Source: a virus
Direction: 5' to 3' (one strand)
DNA length: 64,000 nucleotides
IMG/VR virus record: IMGVR_UViG_3300031857_000034
Location: 1-64,000 of that record
The translations under genes and the position numbers were made by a program. This document shows, piece after piece, positions 1 through 9,834 of the stretch; the first letter of the stretch is position 1, and each line of letters starts with the position of its first letter. The notes beneath the pieces are model-generated. The model did not search any database, was not told the origin of the DNA, and was given only the letters and a program-made list of their open reading frames with translations.

Positions 1-17
1 CCTTCCCAACACAGTAA
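1..17 (+). CDS. 3' end of an upstream gene, probably another LamG-repeat paralog (partial)
   Basis: TTC CCA ACA CAG TAA reads FPTQ*, matching the FPTL*/FPLL* ends of the next two paralogs. Confidence 0.45.
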
Positions 18-29
18 AAGGAAATAGAA

Positions 30-2066
30 TTGTTAATATCAGGTTGTCGAGTCCGAAATGTTGTAATGTCCGCAACATCTGTTGCCGAGAGCGACGATTA
101 TTTCAACTTGGTAACACTACTGCTGCCTGGTACCGGGACCAATGGAGCACAGAACAACACTTTCCTGGATTCCAGCACTAACAACTTCGCTGTCACACGC
201 AATGGCAGCGCCACCCAAGGTACATTCTCACCATTCAGCCAGACCGGGTGGTCAGGTTATTTTGACGGTAGTGGAGATTATCTGACTGTTGCTAATAATG
301 CAGCGTTAAATTTTGGAACGGGAAATATGACCATTGAGTGTTGGGTTTATTTAAACTCAACTGCTGGCACACAAACTATTGCAGCAAAATGGCAAAGCGG
401 TAACACTTCGTGGATATGGCAATTTACTTCGTCAACAATGACTTTTTACTTTTCTGGGACATCGTCATCGTTTTCATGGAGTCCTGTAGCAAACACTTGG
501 TATCATTTAGCACTATCAAGAAGTGGAACAGATGTAAAATTTTTTGTTAATGGTGTTCAAACAGGGGCAACATCAACCAATGCTGGAAACGCAGATTCAA
601 CAAGCATTGTTGCAATAGGGGCAAACAACGATGGGCCACAGCAATACTTAAATGGATATATAAGTAATTTTCGTGTAGTTAAGGGCACCGCGGTCTACAC
701 CGCCAACTTCACACCACCTACTGCACCACTCACTGCCGTATCCGGCACCTCGCTCTTGACCTGTCAAAGCAACCGCTTTGTTGACAACTCCTCCAATGCA
801 TTTGCCATAACGGTTACGGGCAATACCGCAGTGCAGGCATTTGCACCATTTGACCCTACCACTGCCTATGCTTCTGCTACCAACGGCGGTTCGGGATACT
901 TTACAGGAACCAGTTCCACTGGTTATCTTTCGCTGACGCAGGCGGCATCAAATGCTATTTTTCCCAGTGGTGGTACCGGTGGCTTTACTATAGAATTTTG
1001 GTTTTTTCCTGCTGCTACATCAAGCACATTTAATAGCGTCGTAGCCGGTGCTTGGACTGGCACAGTGGGACAAGTCTGGTGGGAAATAAATTGCGGCAGC
1101 ACTGGTTTCAATATTACATTAGGCAATAATGGTTTTGGTTCCAGTTCAGGCAATATACAAAGCAGTACTCCGTTTATAGCCAACCAATGGACGCACGTAG
1201 TCTTACAAAGAAGAAGTAATGGTACATCTTGGGACGTGTACCAAAATGGTGTCAATGTTTCTGCTAATCAAACCAGTCCTAACAATTTTAATCTGTATTC
1301 AGTGGCTCCTATTCGGATAGCCTACGGATATGGCAATACTGTTCTGTCAAGTTTAACTGCTTTCTATTTGGCCAACTTTAGAATTACAAACTCACAAGTT
1401 TATTCCAGTAACTTTACTCCGCCCACTGAACCTTTACCTCCTATCTCCGGCACTTCATTACTACTGAATTATATCAATGGCGGCATCATCGATGCTACCG
1501 CCAAGAATGCACTAGAGACTGTGGGCAACGCCAGTATCAGCACCACACAGAGCAAGTTCGGGGGATCATCCATGAGGTTCGATGGCTCTGGGGACTACTT
1601 AGCTGTTCCAAATTCTGTTGGACTAGACCAAGTTGGAGATTTTACACAAGAATGTTGGTATTACCGAGCTGGTGCTGGAGAAGGTAATCTAGATGTTATG
1701 TTTCTTAAAAACATAACAAATTACTTGTATATTGCTGTTAATCGAAATGATTCTAATAAAGTCACAATAAATCAGCACAACGTTGGCTCTCTCATTACAG
1801 GAACAACACAAACTGCTTTAAACACTTGGTATCACCTTGCGGTTTCCAGAAGCGGAAGTAACGTCAGATTGTTCGTTAATGGCGTTCAAGAAGGTTCAAC
1901 CGCTACATACTCGACAAACACTTCTAATTCTGCAATTTCATACATTGGCGGTTTTCCCGGCGCTCACGGTTTAAACGGTTATATCGACGACCTACGCATC
2001 ACCCGAGGTTTGGCAAGATACACTGCTAACTTCACGCCACCCACGCAGGCCTTTCCCACACTATAA
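30..2066 (+). CDS. Virion-associated protein with three LamG/concanavalin-A-like domains
   Basis: Three repeats of FDGSGDYL...FTIE(C/F)W...WYH(L/V)A...F.NG...GYI(SN/DD)(F/L)R...YTANFTPPT; TTG start after AAGGAAA. Confidence 0.85.
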   Translation: MLISGCRVRNVVMSATSVAESDDYFNLVTLLLPGTGTNGAQNNTFLDSSTNNFAVTRNGSATQGTFSPFSQTGWSGYFDGSGDYLTVANNAALNFGTGNMTIECWVYLNSTAGTQTIAAKWQSGNTSWIWQFTSSTMTFYFSGTSSSFSWSPVANTWYHLALSRSGTDVKFFVNGVQTGATSTNAGNADSTSIVAIGANNDGPQQYLNGYISNFRVVKGTAVYTANFTPPTAPLTAVSGTSLLTCQSNRFVDNSSNAFAITVTGNTAVQAFAPFDPTTAYASATNGGSGYFTGTSSTGYLSLTQAASNAIFPSGGTGGFTIEFWFFPAATSSTFNSVVAGAWTGTVGQVWWEINCGSTGFNITLGNNGFGSSSGNIQSSTPFIANQWTHVVLQRRSNGTSWDVYQNGVNVSANQTSPNNFNLYSVAPIRIAYGYGNTVLSSLTAFYLANFRITNSQVYSSNFTPPTEPLPPISGTSLLLNYINGGIIDATAKNALETVGNASISTTQSKFGGSSMRFDGSGDYLAVPNSVGLDQVGDFTQECWYYRAGAGEGNLDVMFLKNITNYLYIAVNRNDSNKVTINQHNVGSLITGTTQTALNTWYHLAVSRSGSNVRLFVNGVQEGSTATYSTNTSNSAISYIGGFPGAHGLNGYIDDLRITRGLARYTANFTPPTQAFPTL

Positions 2067-2078
2067 GAGAATATTGAA

Positions 2079-4142
2079 ATGTACATATCAGGTTGTCGAG
2101 TTCAAAATGCTGCTATGTCAGCAGTGTCTATTCCAGAAGGCGACGATTATTTCAACTTGGTAACACTACTGCTGCCAGGCACGGGCACCAACGGCGCTCA
2201 AAACAATACATTCTTAGACAGCAGCAGTAGCAGTGTCACAGTTACTCGCAATGGCACACCCACTCAAGGTACGTTCTCACCCTTTAGCCAAACAGGATGG
2301 TCAGGTTATTTTGATGGGAGTGGAGATTGCTTACGAACAACGGCATTAAATATAAGCAGTGGAAATTTTACAATAGAAGCGTGGGTAAATTTAACTACTA
2401 TGCCAACAACAGATAGTTGGCCAGGAAGTTATTCTAATTGGATGGTAATTGTTGGTGTTGGGTCAGCGAGTATGGCAGATGGGTGGCAATTTCGTATTGG
2501 ACAAACTATTTTAGCATTTGGTACAAACAATGATACTACAGCAGTAAGCGGAACTCATGGCATTACAGCTGGTTCTTGGAACCACTTGGCTTGTGTGAGA
2601 AATGGAAATGTGTATACGCTTTATGTAAATGGGTTTTCTGTAGCAACAGCAACATATACAGCCAACCAACCTGGAACAGGAGCTTTTACATGGGTGGGTA
2701 GTGAAACTAACCAAGGTGCTTATTTAAATGGTTATATTAGTAATTTAAGGATTTTAGCGGGAACATCTTTTTATACTACTAATTTTACACCTCCAACATC
2801 ACCACTTACTGCTATAACAAATACTTCTTTATTAACTTGCCAGTCTAACAGATTTATTGACAACAGCATCAACGCATTTGCTATCTCTGCTTTAGGTGAT
2901 GCATCCGTACAGGCATTTGCACCATTCAATCCTACTCAAACGTATTCTAACACTGTCGTCGGCGGCAGCGAATATATGGTTAGAACCGACTACCTCACAG
3001 TGCCAGCCAATGCTGCACTAAAAACATTTACAGGCGATTTTACCATTGAATCGTGGGTATATCCCTTGACCACCAGCGGCGCTGTTGGCGGTGGCGGTGC
3101 TGGATTCATTGATACCAGGACCAACGGCGCCACAGCGGCTCCTTGGGTATTTGGGTATGGTGGTTACGTAGCAGGATCTGGATTTACACTAAGTTATTTT
3201 GATGGATCCGATAGAGCCAGCTCACTGCGTATGCCTGTTAATCAATGGTCACACGTGGCCATGACCAGACAAGGTTCCACTCTTAGATTTTTTATCAATG
3301 GCGTGGTAGATCCAACTACGTATTCTGTAGGGGGTACCATCAACGGAGGAACCAATCCTCTGTTTATCACCAATAGCAAAGATTATGCTATAAATTCAGC
3401 ATGGGGCAGCGAAGGATACTGGGCAGATTTTAGGATAGTCAACGGAACTGCGGTCTATACATCTTCATTTACTCCCCCCACTGCTCCCTTGACTGCTATT
3501 ACCAATACCACATTGTTGTTAAACTTTACCAATGGCGGAATATTGGATGCTACCTCTAAAAACAATTTACAAACTGTGGGTGGTGCTGCCATCAGCACTG
3601 CGCAGAGCAAGTTCGGTGGGTCGTCCATGGCATTTGATGGTTCTGGTGATTATTTGCTATCTCCGTTTTCTCAAATTAACAGAATCAACACCACGGGAAA
3701 TTTTACGATTGAATTTTGGGCGTACTTTAATACTGTGGGGGCAGATCAGCGTTTGATTGGATGGGATAACAACACAACAGGTTTGGTAATTGCTATATAT
3801 ACCAACACCACTGGCAATTTAGCCTATTACCTAAGTTCAACTGGTACATCTTGGAATATTGCTACGGCTGTTTCAATTGGTGGTATTGTAGTAAATACTT
3901 GGTATCACATTGCCTTGGTAAGAAATGGCAGCACATTTACCCCTTATATAAACGGTGTTGCGGGCACTGCAACGACAAGTTCCGCAACACTTGCTTCATC
4001 AACACTTCCTTTCAGTATTGGCGCGGTCGGAAATGGACAAAGTCCGTTCAACGGCTATATCGACGACTTCCGCATCACCCGAGGTTTGGCAAGATACACT
4101 GCCAGCTTTACCCCGCCCACGCAGGCATTCCCACTATTATAA
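2079..4142 (+). CDS. Virion-associated protein with three LamG/concanavalin-A-like domains (paralog of 30..2066)
   Basis: Same three-domain architecture, with near-identical linkers (DDYFNLVTLLLPGTGTNGAQNNTFLDSS, SLLTCQSNRF, QSKFGGSSM, RITRGLARYTA). Confidence 0.85.
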   Translation: MYISGCRVQNAAMSAVSIPEGDDYFNLVTLLLPGTGTNGAQNNTFLDSSSSSVTVTRNGTPTQGTFSPFSQTGWSGYFDGSGDCLRTTALNISSGNFTIEAWVNLTTMPTTDSWPGSYSNWMVIVGVGSASMADGWQFRIGQTILAFGTNNDTTAVSGTHGITAGSWNHLACVRNGNVYTLYVNGFSVATATYTANQPGTGAFTWVGSETNQGAYLNGYISNLRILAGTSFYTTNFTPPTSPLTAITNTSLLTCQSNRFIDNSINAFAISALGDASVQAFAPFNPTQTYSNTVVGGSEYMVRTDYLTVPANAALKTFTGDFTIESWVYPLTTSGAVGGGGAGFIDTRTNGATAAPWVFGYGGYVAGSGFTLSYFDGSDRASSLRMPVNQWSHVAMTRQGSTLRFFINGVVDPTTYSVGGTINGGTNPLFITNSKDYAINSAWGSEGYWADFRIVNGTAVYTSSFTPPTAPLTAITNTTLLLNFTNGGILDATSKNNLQTVGGAAISTAQSKFGGSSMAFDGSGDYLLSPFSQINRINTTGNFTIEFWAYFNTVGADQRLIGWDNNTTGLVIAIYTNTTGNLAYYLSSTGTSWNIATAVSIGGIVVNTWYHIALVRNGSTFTPYINGVAGTATTSSATLASSTLPFSIGAVGNGQSPFNGYIDDFRITRGLARYTASFTPPTQAFPLL

Positions 4143-4145
4143 ATA
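4138..4145 (+). promoter_or_regulatory. T4-type late promoter
   Basis: Exact TATAAATA 15 nt upstream of the ATG at 4161, followed by AAGGAAA. Confidence 0.65.
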
Positions 4146-4160
4146 AAAGGAAACACTATC

Positions 4161-5654
4161 ATGATAATTTCAGGTTCATATGTACGCGGCATCAATCTCA
4201 CAGCGGTGTCATCTTCTGGTCCCGCTCCAACTCCACCCATACCAGAACCCACAGCGTTTTGGATCAACACATCTAAAAATGACACAGGGAACCAATGGGT
4301 TACTGCCTATAGATTAAGTCTAGGGCAGTCTGTAAAAGATGCCAATGGCAATGTGTACTCTATCGCCAGCTACTCCAATCTTTCCAATAGTTATCTTGGC
4401 TGGACCAGGATAGACAGCACAGGTAATTTAGTAGGCGGATTTCCTTTGTATGCTGCTCCCAACAACGCTTTGAATCCCAGCACATCCGGCAATAGCACTC
4501 AAGTTGGCGGTGGCATTGCCAGAGACACCAATGGAAATATATTCATCACTGCTAAGTTTGCCCAGGACGTTTCCCTGTTGAAATTGGATTCCAATGGCAA
4601 TATTCTCTATGCCAAGCGATATGTCAATGGCAATACCGATGTTCCTTTTACTTGTAAACTAGATTCTGCCGAAGCAAATATCTACATCTCATCTGATGCA
4701 CGAACATCCAACAACATTCAACAGTTTACCTTGTTCAAGATTTCTGCCAGCACGGGCGATTTCATCTGGCAAAAATCTGCCAATGTTCCGGGACAGACCA
4801 CAAACTCACAGGGCATAGCCCGTGGTATAGAAATTGATGCTGAAGGAAATATATTTGTCTGTGGACGGATACGTGTACCAGCCAGAGGCACTCTACAAAA
4901 TTTTTATCTAACAAAGATAACTCCCGAAGCCGATGTGATATGGCAAAAATACTATACGGCCAATACCTCTGTCAGTGTGTTCTCTGAAGAGGCTATACAA
5001 ATTACAATCAATCCCACAACAGGTAACATAGCGATGGGTGGTATCCGTAACAGCACCTTCCAAGGTCTACTGATTGATCAACATACTGGCAATATCATAT
5101 GGCAAACCTGCGAGACTGGCCCCGAGGGACTAGGGCTGCAGGGATTCAGCACGCCAAGAAAGCCTGCTTGGGACAATCAGGGGAATGTTTGGTTTCCCAC
5201 TTCTGGAGCATGCATTTTCAAACTCAACGGAGTCACTGGCAATATAGAGTTGGGAAGATATCTGCAATATCAATATTCCCAAGTACAGGATGCCAATAAC
5301 CAAGGCGCCGGCGATATGGGTTATTATGACGTACTGTTTAATAACGACTATTCGGGATTTACTGTCATGGGTGGCTCTGGAACTGCAGCGGCTGCCATCG
5401 TAGGAAATCTACTGATAGCTAGACTACCAGCCAACGGAGCAGGCACCGGCAATTACATGGCCGCTGCATCATTTGGCACACCCAACTCTGGCACACTGGG
5501 ATACGTGGTGGCCGCCAATACATTTGGTGCTGGAAATTTAATCTCATTTACTGGCAATCATGTGTGGTACAATCGTTCTCTAACCACACAAGATATTTCA
5601 AACATTGGTCGCCAGACTGGCAATCTAACATTTACAAAGAACATCATATCATAG
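4161..5654 (+). CDS. Putative beta-propeller virion protein
   Basis: Repeats of the form D..GN(I/V)(Y/F)...(L)xK(L/I)D..G..IW.K; Pro-rich linker near the N-terminus. Confidence 0.6.
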   Translation: MIISGSYVRGINLTAVSSSGPAPTPPIPEPTAFWINTSKNDTGNQWVTAYRLSLGQSVKDANGNVYSIASYSNLSNSYLGWTRIDSTGNLVGGFPLYAAPNNALNPSTSGNSTQVGGGIARDTNGNIFITAKFAQDVSLLKLDSNGNILYAKRYVNGNTDVPFTCKLDSAEANIYISSDARTSNNIQQFTLFKISASTGDFIWQKSANVPGQTTNSQGIARGIEIDAEGNIFVCGRIRVPARGTLQNFYLTKITPEADVIWQKYYTANTSVSVFSEEAIQITINPTTGNIAMGGIRNSTFQGLLIDQHTGNIIWQTCETGPEGLGLQGFSTPRKPAWDNQGNVWFPTSGACIFKLNGVTGNIELGRYLQYQYSQVQDANNQGAGDMGYYDVLFNNDYSGFTVMGGSGTAAAAIVGNLLIARLPANGAGTGNYMAAASFGTPNSGTLGYVVAANTFGAGNLISFTGNHVWYNRSLTTQDISNIGRQTGNLTFTKNIIS

Positions 5655-5658
5655 TCGT

Positions 5659-5687
5659 AAAAAAAGGACGGTAGTTGCCTACCGTCC
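5659..5687 (-). terminator. Rho-independent terminator
   Basis: GGACGGTAG/CTACCGTCC 9-bp stem followed by a T7 tract on the minus strand, downstream of the AAA gene. Confidence 0.8.
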
Positions 5688-5730
5688 CCAAAATGCCACT
5701 GACCCAGGAGCGTGAAGTCAGTGGGTACTG

Positions 5731-6771
5731 CTAAAAACTGTTCTTCATTACAGTATTCTCTGCCAAGGCACGCCAGTTGGTAGGTGACACCTTGACCAAG
5801 TCTGCTACCTTCAAACACATACGCAGGCTCAACTCGCGTAGTCGACTCTGGTTAGTGGCCATAAACGCAAAGATCTCTTCTGCGATGCCTGGCTCGAGAT
5901 TGTACTCGGCAAACAGGCCACCCTCGGCATCACGATGCACCTGCTGGATGCGCAACATCTTGTCACGCTCGGTGTTGATGGTCAGGTCCAGGAAGTGGCA
6001 CCGAGATTGCAGTGCTTCCAGGTGATCCTGCAGTTTCTTGCTCTTCAAGTTTTCAAACTTCAAGTTGGTGATAAAGATACAGGAACCTTTGAACTCAAAC
6101 TGGTCGGGCACACCCTCACGGCGCAACATTGACGAGTCTGAATTCCAGCAGATTCTACGACGCTTGCCCGAGTCGAGGGCGGCTTTGAGAATGTTCAAGG
6201 CAATGTCATCCATCAGCACAGAGTCACAGTCATCAAACACCAACACATTCTTGGGGTCCGAGTTCTTGAACAAGGCACAGTAAAGTCCAATGGGAGTCAT
6301 TGCGCCTTTGATGATTTCAAACTTGACTTTTTTGCCTGACAATTTGTCAAAGATGCCGGCCTTTTCCAACTGGTACTCAACGCCAAAACTCTTGCCCACT
6401 CCCGGAGGACCAGACACGATCATGGCACGCACATCGCCGGCGATACAGGCACGGGTCATTTCGTCCAGGATGCTGAATCGCGTGGCGATACGATCCATGG
6501 CTTCTTGATCAGTTTCCTGCGGTGCTATCTGCAGTTCGGCTTTTTTAAATTGTACAGTTTCGCTCACTTTATCTCCGTTGACTACTTGGATGTCTGAAAT
6601 TTTATTTACTTTGATTTTGATCTGCTCAGGGAAGCCGGGAAATTGGCCGCCGTTTTCTACCAACACATTGCCACCCTTGGCAGTGGTTTGAAAGTCCCGG
6701 ATCAAGGTAAACACCTGACCCGATACGTCGGTATTGCGATACTCACCTGCTATGATTCTAACTTGTGCCAT
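5731..6771 (-). CDS. AAA+/P-loop ATPase
   Basis: Walker A GPPGVGKS, Walker B VLVFDDCD, sensor-like FITN, arginine-finger-like ALQSRC; SD AGGAG. Confidence 0.85.
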   Translation of the reverse strand: MAQVRIIAGEYRNTDVSGQVFTLIRDFQTTAKGGNVLVENGGQFPGFPEQIKIKVNKISDIQVVNGDKVSETVQFKKAELQIAPQETDQEAMDRIATRFSILDEMTRACIAGDVRAMIVSGPPGVGKSFGVEYQLEKAGIFDKLSGKKVKFEIIKGAMTPIGLYCALFKNSDPKNVLVFDDCDSVLMDDIALNILKAALDSGKRRRICWNSDSSMLRREGVPDQFEFKGSCIFITNLKFENLKSKKLQDHLEALQSRCHFLDLTINTERDKMLRIQQVHRDAEGGLFAEYNLEPGIAEEIFAFMATNQSRLRELSLRMCLKVADLVKVSPTNWRALAENTVMKNSF

Positions 6772-6802
6772 ACTGCGCTCCTTGCTTTATTATATTAAAC
6801 TT

Positions 6803-6831
6803 ATTATAGCAAAATCTGATTTATTGGTCAA
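6803..6831 (-). promoter_or_regulatory. Sigma70-type early promoter
   Basis: TTGACC-N17-TATAAT upstream of the ATPase. Confidence 0.8.
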
Positions 6832-6899
6832 ATGCCAGGATCCATACTGTGGCATAAAAACAACACCATAAATCACTGTATTTTTACTGCGTTTCTAGT

Positions 6900-6928
6900 A
6901 TATTAGCACAGTGGCATTTAATGGTCAA
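6900..6928 (-). promoter_or_regulatory. Second sigma70-type promoter
   Basis: TTGACC-N17-TAATAT. Confidence 0.6.
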
Positions 6929-7703
6929 CCGCAGGCTGTTGTGTGGTGCGGCGCTCAATGTCTGCTTCTTCGCACTGCTCACCATACTGTATTTCGATTA
7001 TCTTGAGCGGGTTTGACTCGTTGTTGATCAGTTGATGCCATTCGTTGCGAGAGATATGCAGGTATTGGTGCCGATCAAACACTCCGTTGAGCTCAACATC
7101 TGTGGTGGTGCTGTCTATGGTATCCACTGTGGCCGTACCTTCGGCCACCAACCAAAATTCACTGCGGCCTTGATGTCGTTGCATACTGAGTGCGGCACCG
7201 GGATCCACTGTGAGTTCCTTGACCTTGACGCCTGCGGCTTGGTGCAGCACACGATAGTATCCCCAGGGTCTAGTGGTCTTGGGCGCTTTCCATTCTTCCA
7301 AGATCCAACTACTGGAATTGGCCTTGTTGTTGCCACCTATTTCAAACTGAAAATCAATGCCCGGCACACGCATCTCAGGAATGTTTTCTCGTGTGCGGTC
7401 TCCGCCGTTGCAGAATATGATGGTGTCGTTGGGATGACGACGTTTGATCTCTTCCAGAGCGGCACAGCAGCTGCCATCTGAGTCATCAAAGTATGCCAGC
7501 ACCTGATCCACGCATCGCAATGCACGCACCAAGGCCACACGCTCGGGTAAAGGCATGAATGCTCGACCTTTTTTGCGCTGTAACCACTCATCTGAGTTCA
7601 CAGCAACATACAGTCGATCGGCCAGCAGACGGGCTGCTTCAAAACTGGCCAAGTGACCCGAGTGTAGCGGGTCGTAGCCTCCGGAACATACTGCGATTTT
7701 CAT
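6918..7703 (-). CDS. Cytidylyltransferase (TagD/RfaE-like) fused to a cupin (type II mannose-6-phosphate isomerase C-terminal-like) domain
   Basis: SGGYDPLHSGH (HxGH motif), AVNSDEWL.RKKG, NGGDR; C-terminal RPWGYY...LSMQRH..RSEFW...WHQL.N...IIEIQYG. Start set at 7703 (ATGA overlap with uvsY). Confidence 0.85.
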   Translation of the reverse strand: MKIAVCSGGYDPLHSGHLASFEAARLLADRLYVAVNSDEWLQRKKGRAFMPLPERVALVRALRCVDQVLAYFDDSDGSCCAALEEIKRRHPNDTIIFCNGGDRTRENIPEMRVPGIDFQFEIGGNNKANSSSWILEEWKAPKTTRPWGYYRVLHQAAGVKVKELTVDPGAALSMQRHQGRSEFWLVAEGTATVDTIDSTTTDVELNGVFDRHQYLHISRNEWHQLINNESNPLKIIEIQYGEQCEEADIERRTTQQPAVDH

Positions 7704-8155
7704 AGCGTCACATCCTCCATACCGGCTGTTCTTAGTCTGGTGATGTGTCCCAGCATCCAACTCTTGCTGTCAAGTCCTTTCATGATTCCCAACCAACGAT
7801 TGCGCAACAGTGCTACTTCGTTGATGATAGTTTCATAATCGATCACTTCATCTTCACCATCTACATACTTTTCGGCGTCTCTACTACTTAATGCGCGAGC
7901 ATAGCCCTCGAGATATTTTTGAAAATGGCGTCTGCGTATCTTACGCAGTTGGATATTGAGATAGTTTAATACTGCTTCTACTTCCTGCAGTTGATTGAAT
8001 CTATGCTCGGTGATACCTGGTAGATCTTTCACATTACGCTCTACCAGGCCACCGATGCCGACTTCACGCTTGGCTTCCAAGAGTTCAGATTCGTAGTGTG
8101 CAATAAAATCGGGTATGGACCCTATGTCTGCTACTACTCTGCTGTACCAACTCAT
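7700..8155 (-). CDS. uvsY: Recombination mediator UvsY-like protein
   Basis: 151-aa helical protein with KYLEGYARALSSRDAEKYVDGE...GLDSK.W.L..I..LR.AG, located next to UvsX. Confidence 0.75.
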   Translation of the reverse strand: MSWYSRVVADIGSIPDFIAHYESELLEAKREVGIGGLVERNVKDLPGITEHRFNQLQEVEAVLNYLNIQLRKIRRRHFQKYLEGYARALSSRDAEKYVDGEDEVIDYETIINEVALLRNRWLGIMKGLDSKSWMLGHITRLRTAGMEDVTL

Positions 8156-8401
8156 TTACCAGCGCTCGTCTTCTTCCTCATACTCTTCCTCTTCTTCCTC
8201 TTCTTCAAGGTGCTCCTCAGCATACTGCTTGACAGCACGTTTGATATCTGAGTCTCCGCGGAAAGCATCACGGATGTCGTCAATCTCATAGTTGTTTTCA
8301 AACAGTGTTGCTACCACTGCTTCGGCAGCATCACGGCGATCCACGGGATTGATACTGGGTTTGACATTGTCCCAGATTTCGGCTATGATATCTAAGCTCA
8401 T
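8156..8401 (-). CDS. Hypothetical protein with acidic tail
   Basis: Coupled ORF between uvsX and uvsY; poly-Glu C-terminus. Confidence 0.7.
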   Translation of the reverse strand: MSLDIIAEIWDNVKPSINPVDRRDAAEAVVATLFENNYEIDDIRDAFRGDSDIKRAVKQYAEEHLEEEEEEEEYEEEDERW

Positions 8402-9546
8402 TCTGTTTCAGGTTCCTTTTTCTTGCGTTTGATCAACGGCTCAGGATCCACAGACACAGTATCTTGGATCAGTTCTGACACTGGTTCATTGACTGGCGCT
8501 TCTTGTACCGTTGACTTCTTACTTATAGACAAGGCAGAAAAATCTCGCATAACTTGATCCAAGCAACCTGCTTCGTTTGATTCCCAGGCCCTGCGGAACT
8601 GTTTGATAATTTCGCCATCTGTGGTAGTGTAAGCCAGCCTGTTGCCGTCCTTGACCAGCATCTGCTGTTTTTCAAACAAGTCTACCAGACCCGAATAAGG
8701 ATTCATACCTGTTTCATAAGGAATCTTGACCTGCACTGATTCAAAGGGTTTGGCATAGCGTGTTTTCATTACCTTACAGGCAGCACGGATACCCAACACT
8801 TCTGAAACTTTGTTGCCATCCTCATCCTCTTTGAGTTTGAGTTTTTTCATGGCTACCACGATACTTGACGCATAGATAAAGCCTTGACCACCCGAGATCT
8901 TGTCATCGGGGTCAAACATATCTTGGCTGGCATATGTATGGTTGGTGGCTACCAAGCCCACGTTGTGACTTCCAAACATATTCACGCAGTTACGCACCAG
9001 GGCTGTGAGTGCTTTGGGTTTGCGACCCAAGTCACCTTTTAAGTCACCGGCTTCAAACTGGTTCACGTCTGTGGGCGTGAGCAACATACCCAACGAGTCT
9101 ATCACAAACAAAACTTTGGGCTTGTCATCGCCGGGCAAGGTCTTGTAGTCTGCCATGAAACTGGTAATGGTCTTGGCCACGTCATCGATCATGGCCATGT
9201 TTAATTTCAGTAACTTTGATTCATCCGTGTCCACTCCCAGAGCCTTGAGCCAGTCCTCATCAAGGGCATTTTCTGTGTCTACCAACACCACAAAAATACC
9301 CTGTTGCTGTGCGTGGCGTACCAAGTTGCCTGAGCAGATATAACTCTTGCCTGCGCCCGATTCACCAGCAAACACAGTGACCTTGCCCAAGGGTATGCCT
9401 TTGTGGAAATCGCCAGATACCAAGTAGTTCAGCGCAAAGTTTCCTGTACTGATCCAGTCTGTGGGATCATTGAAACCAATGCTGAGCCCTTCAATGCTTT
9501 TGGTAATGTCCTTGCGGAACTTGCTGATGTCAAAGGGCTTGCCCAT
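8398..9546 (-). CDS. uvsX: RecA-like recombinase UvsX
   Basis: AGESGAGKS Walker A, VDTENA, FVIDSLG, ATNHTY, SGGQG; start moved to MGKPF. Confidence 0.93.
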   Translation of the reverse strand: MGKPFDISKFRKDITKSIEGLSIGFNDPTDWISTGNFALNYLVSGDFHKGIPLGKVTVFAGESGAGKSYICSGNLVRHAQQQGIFVVLVDTENALDEDWLKALGVDTDESKLLKLNMAMIDDVAKTITSFMADYKTLPGDDKPKVLFVIDSLGMLLTPTDVNQFEAGDLKGDLGRKPKALTALVRNCVNMFGSHNVGLVATNHTYASQDMFDPDDKISGGQGFIYASSIVVAMKKLKLKEDEDGNKVSEVLGIRAACKVMKTRYAKPFESVQVKIPYETGMNPYSGLVDLFEKQQMLVKDGNRLAYTTTDGEIIKQFRRAWESNEAGCLDQVMRDFSALSISKKSTVQEAPVNEPVSELIQDTVSVDPEPLIKRKKKEPETE

Positions 9547-9755
9547 TATTCGTCCCTCGTGATTTCTGTGGCTTCGTTGATCAGCGCGATCAACTGTTCT
9601 TGGGTGTTGCAAAGTATTTTTACACTGCGCCAATCTTCTTCAGAGTTGCGTCCGGAGATTTCAAACATAAAGCCGTTGTCATACATCTGTACAGTAAAAC
9701 TGTCAGATACTTTTGCCAATTTGTCAGAGATTTTAGATATAGATTTTTTTGCCAT
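9546..9755 (-). CDS. Hypothetical protein
   Basis: MAKKSISK start after AAGGA; TAATG coupling to uvsX. Confidence 0.7.
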   Translation of the reverse strand: MAKKSISKISDKLAKVSDSFTVQMYDNGFMFEISGRNSEEDWRSVKILCNTQEQLIALINEATEITRDE

Positions 9756-9780
9756 TTTGTTGGTCCTTGTTGGTAAAGGT

Positions 9781-9815
9781 GCAGGGGTACAGTACAAGTA
9801 TACTGTGACCCCTGC
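9781..9815. terminator. Intergenic stem-loop after gp32
   Basis: GCAGGGGTACAGTA...TACTGTGACCCCTGC inverted repeat. Confidence 0.5.
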
Positions 9816-9834
9816 TATCAGTCAAGAGTCGTGA

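Noticed and set aside
1975-4142. Repeated 3' ends of the LamG genes as a DGR template/variable repeat pair
   Set aside because: Both copies are coding, the differences are mostly synonymous and not adenine-specific, and no reverse transcriptase is in the window.
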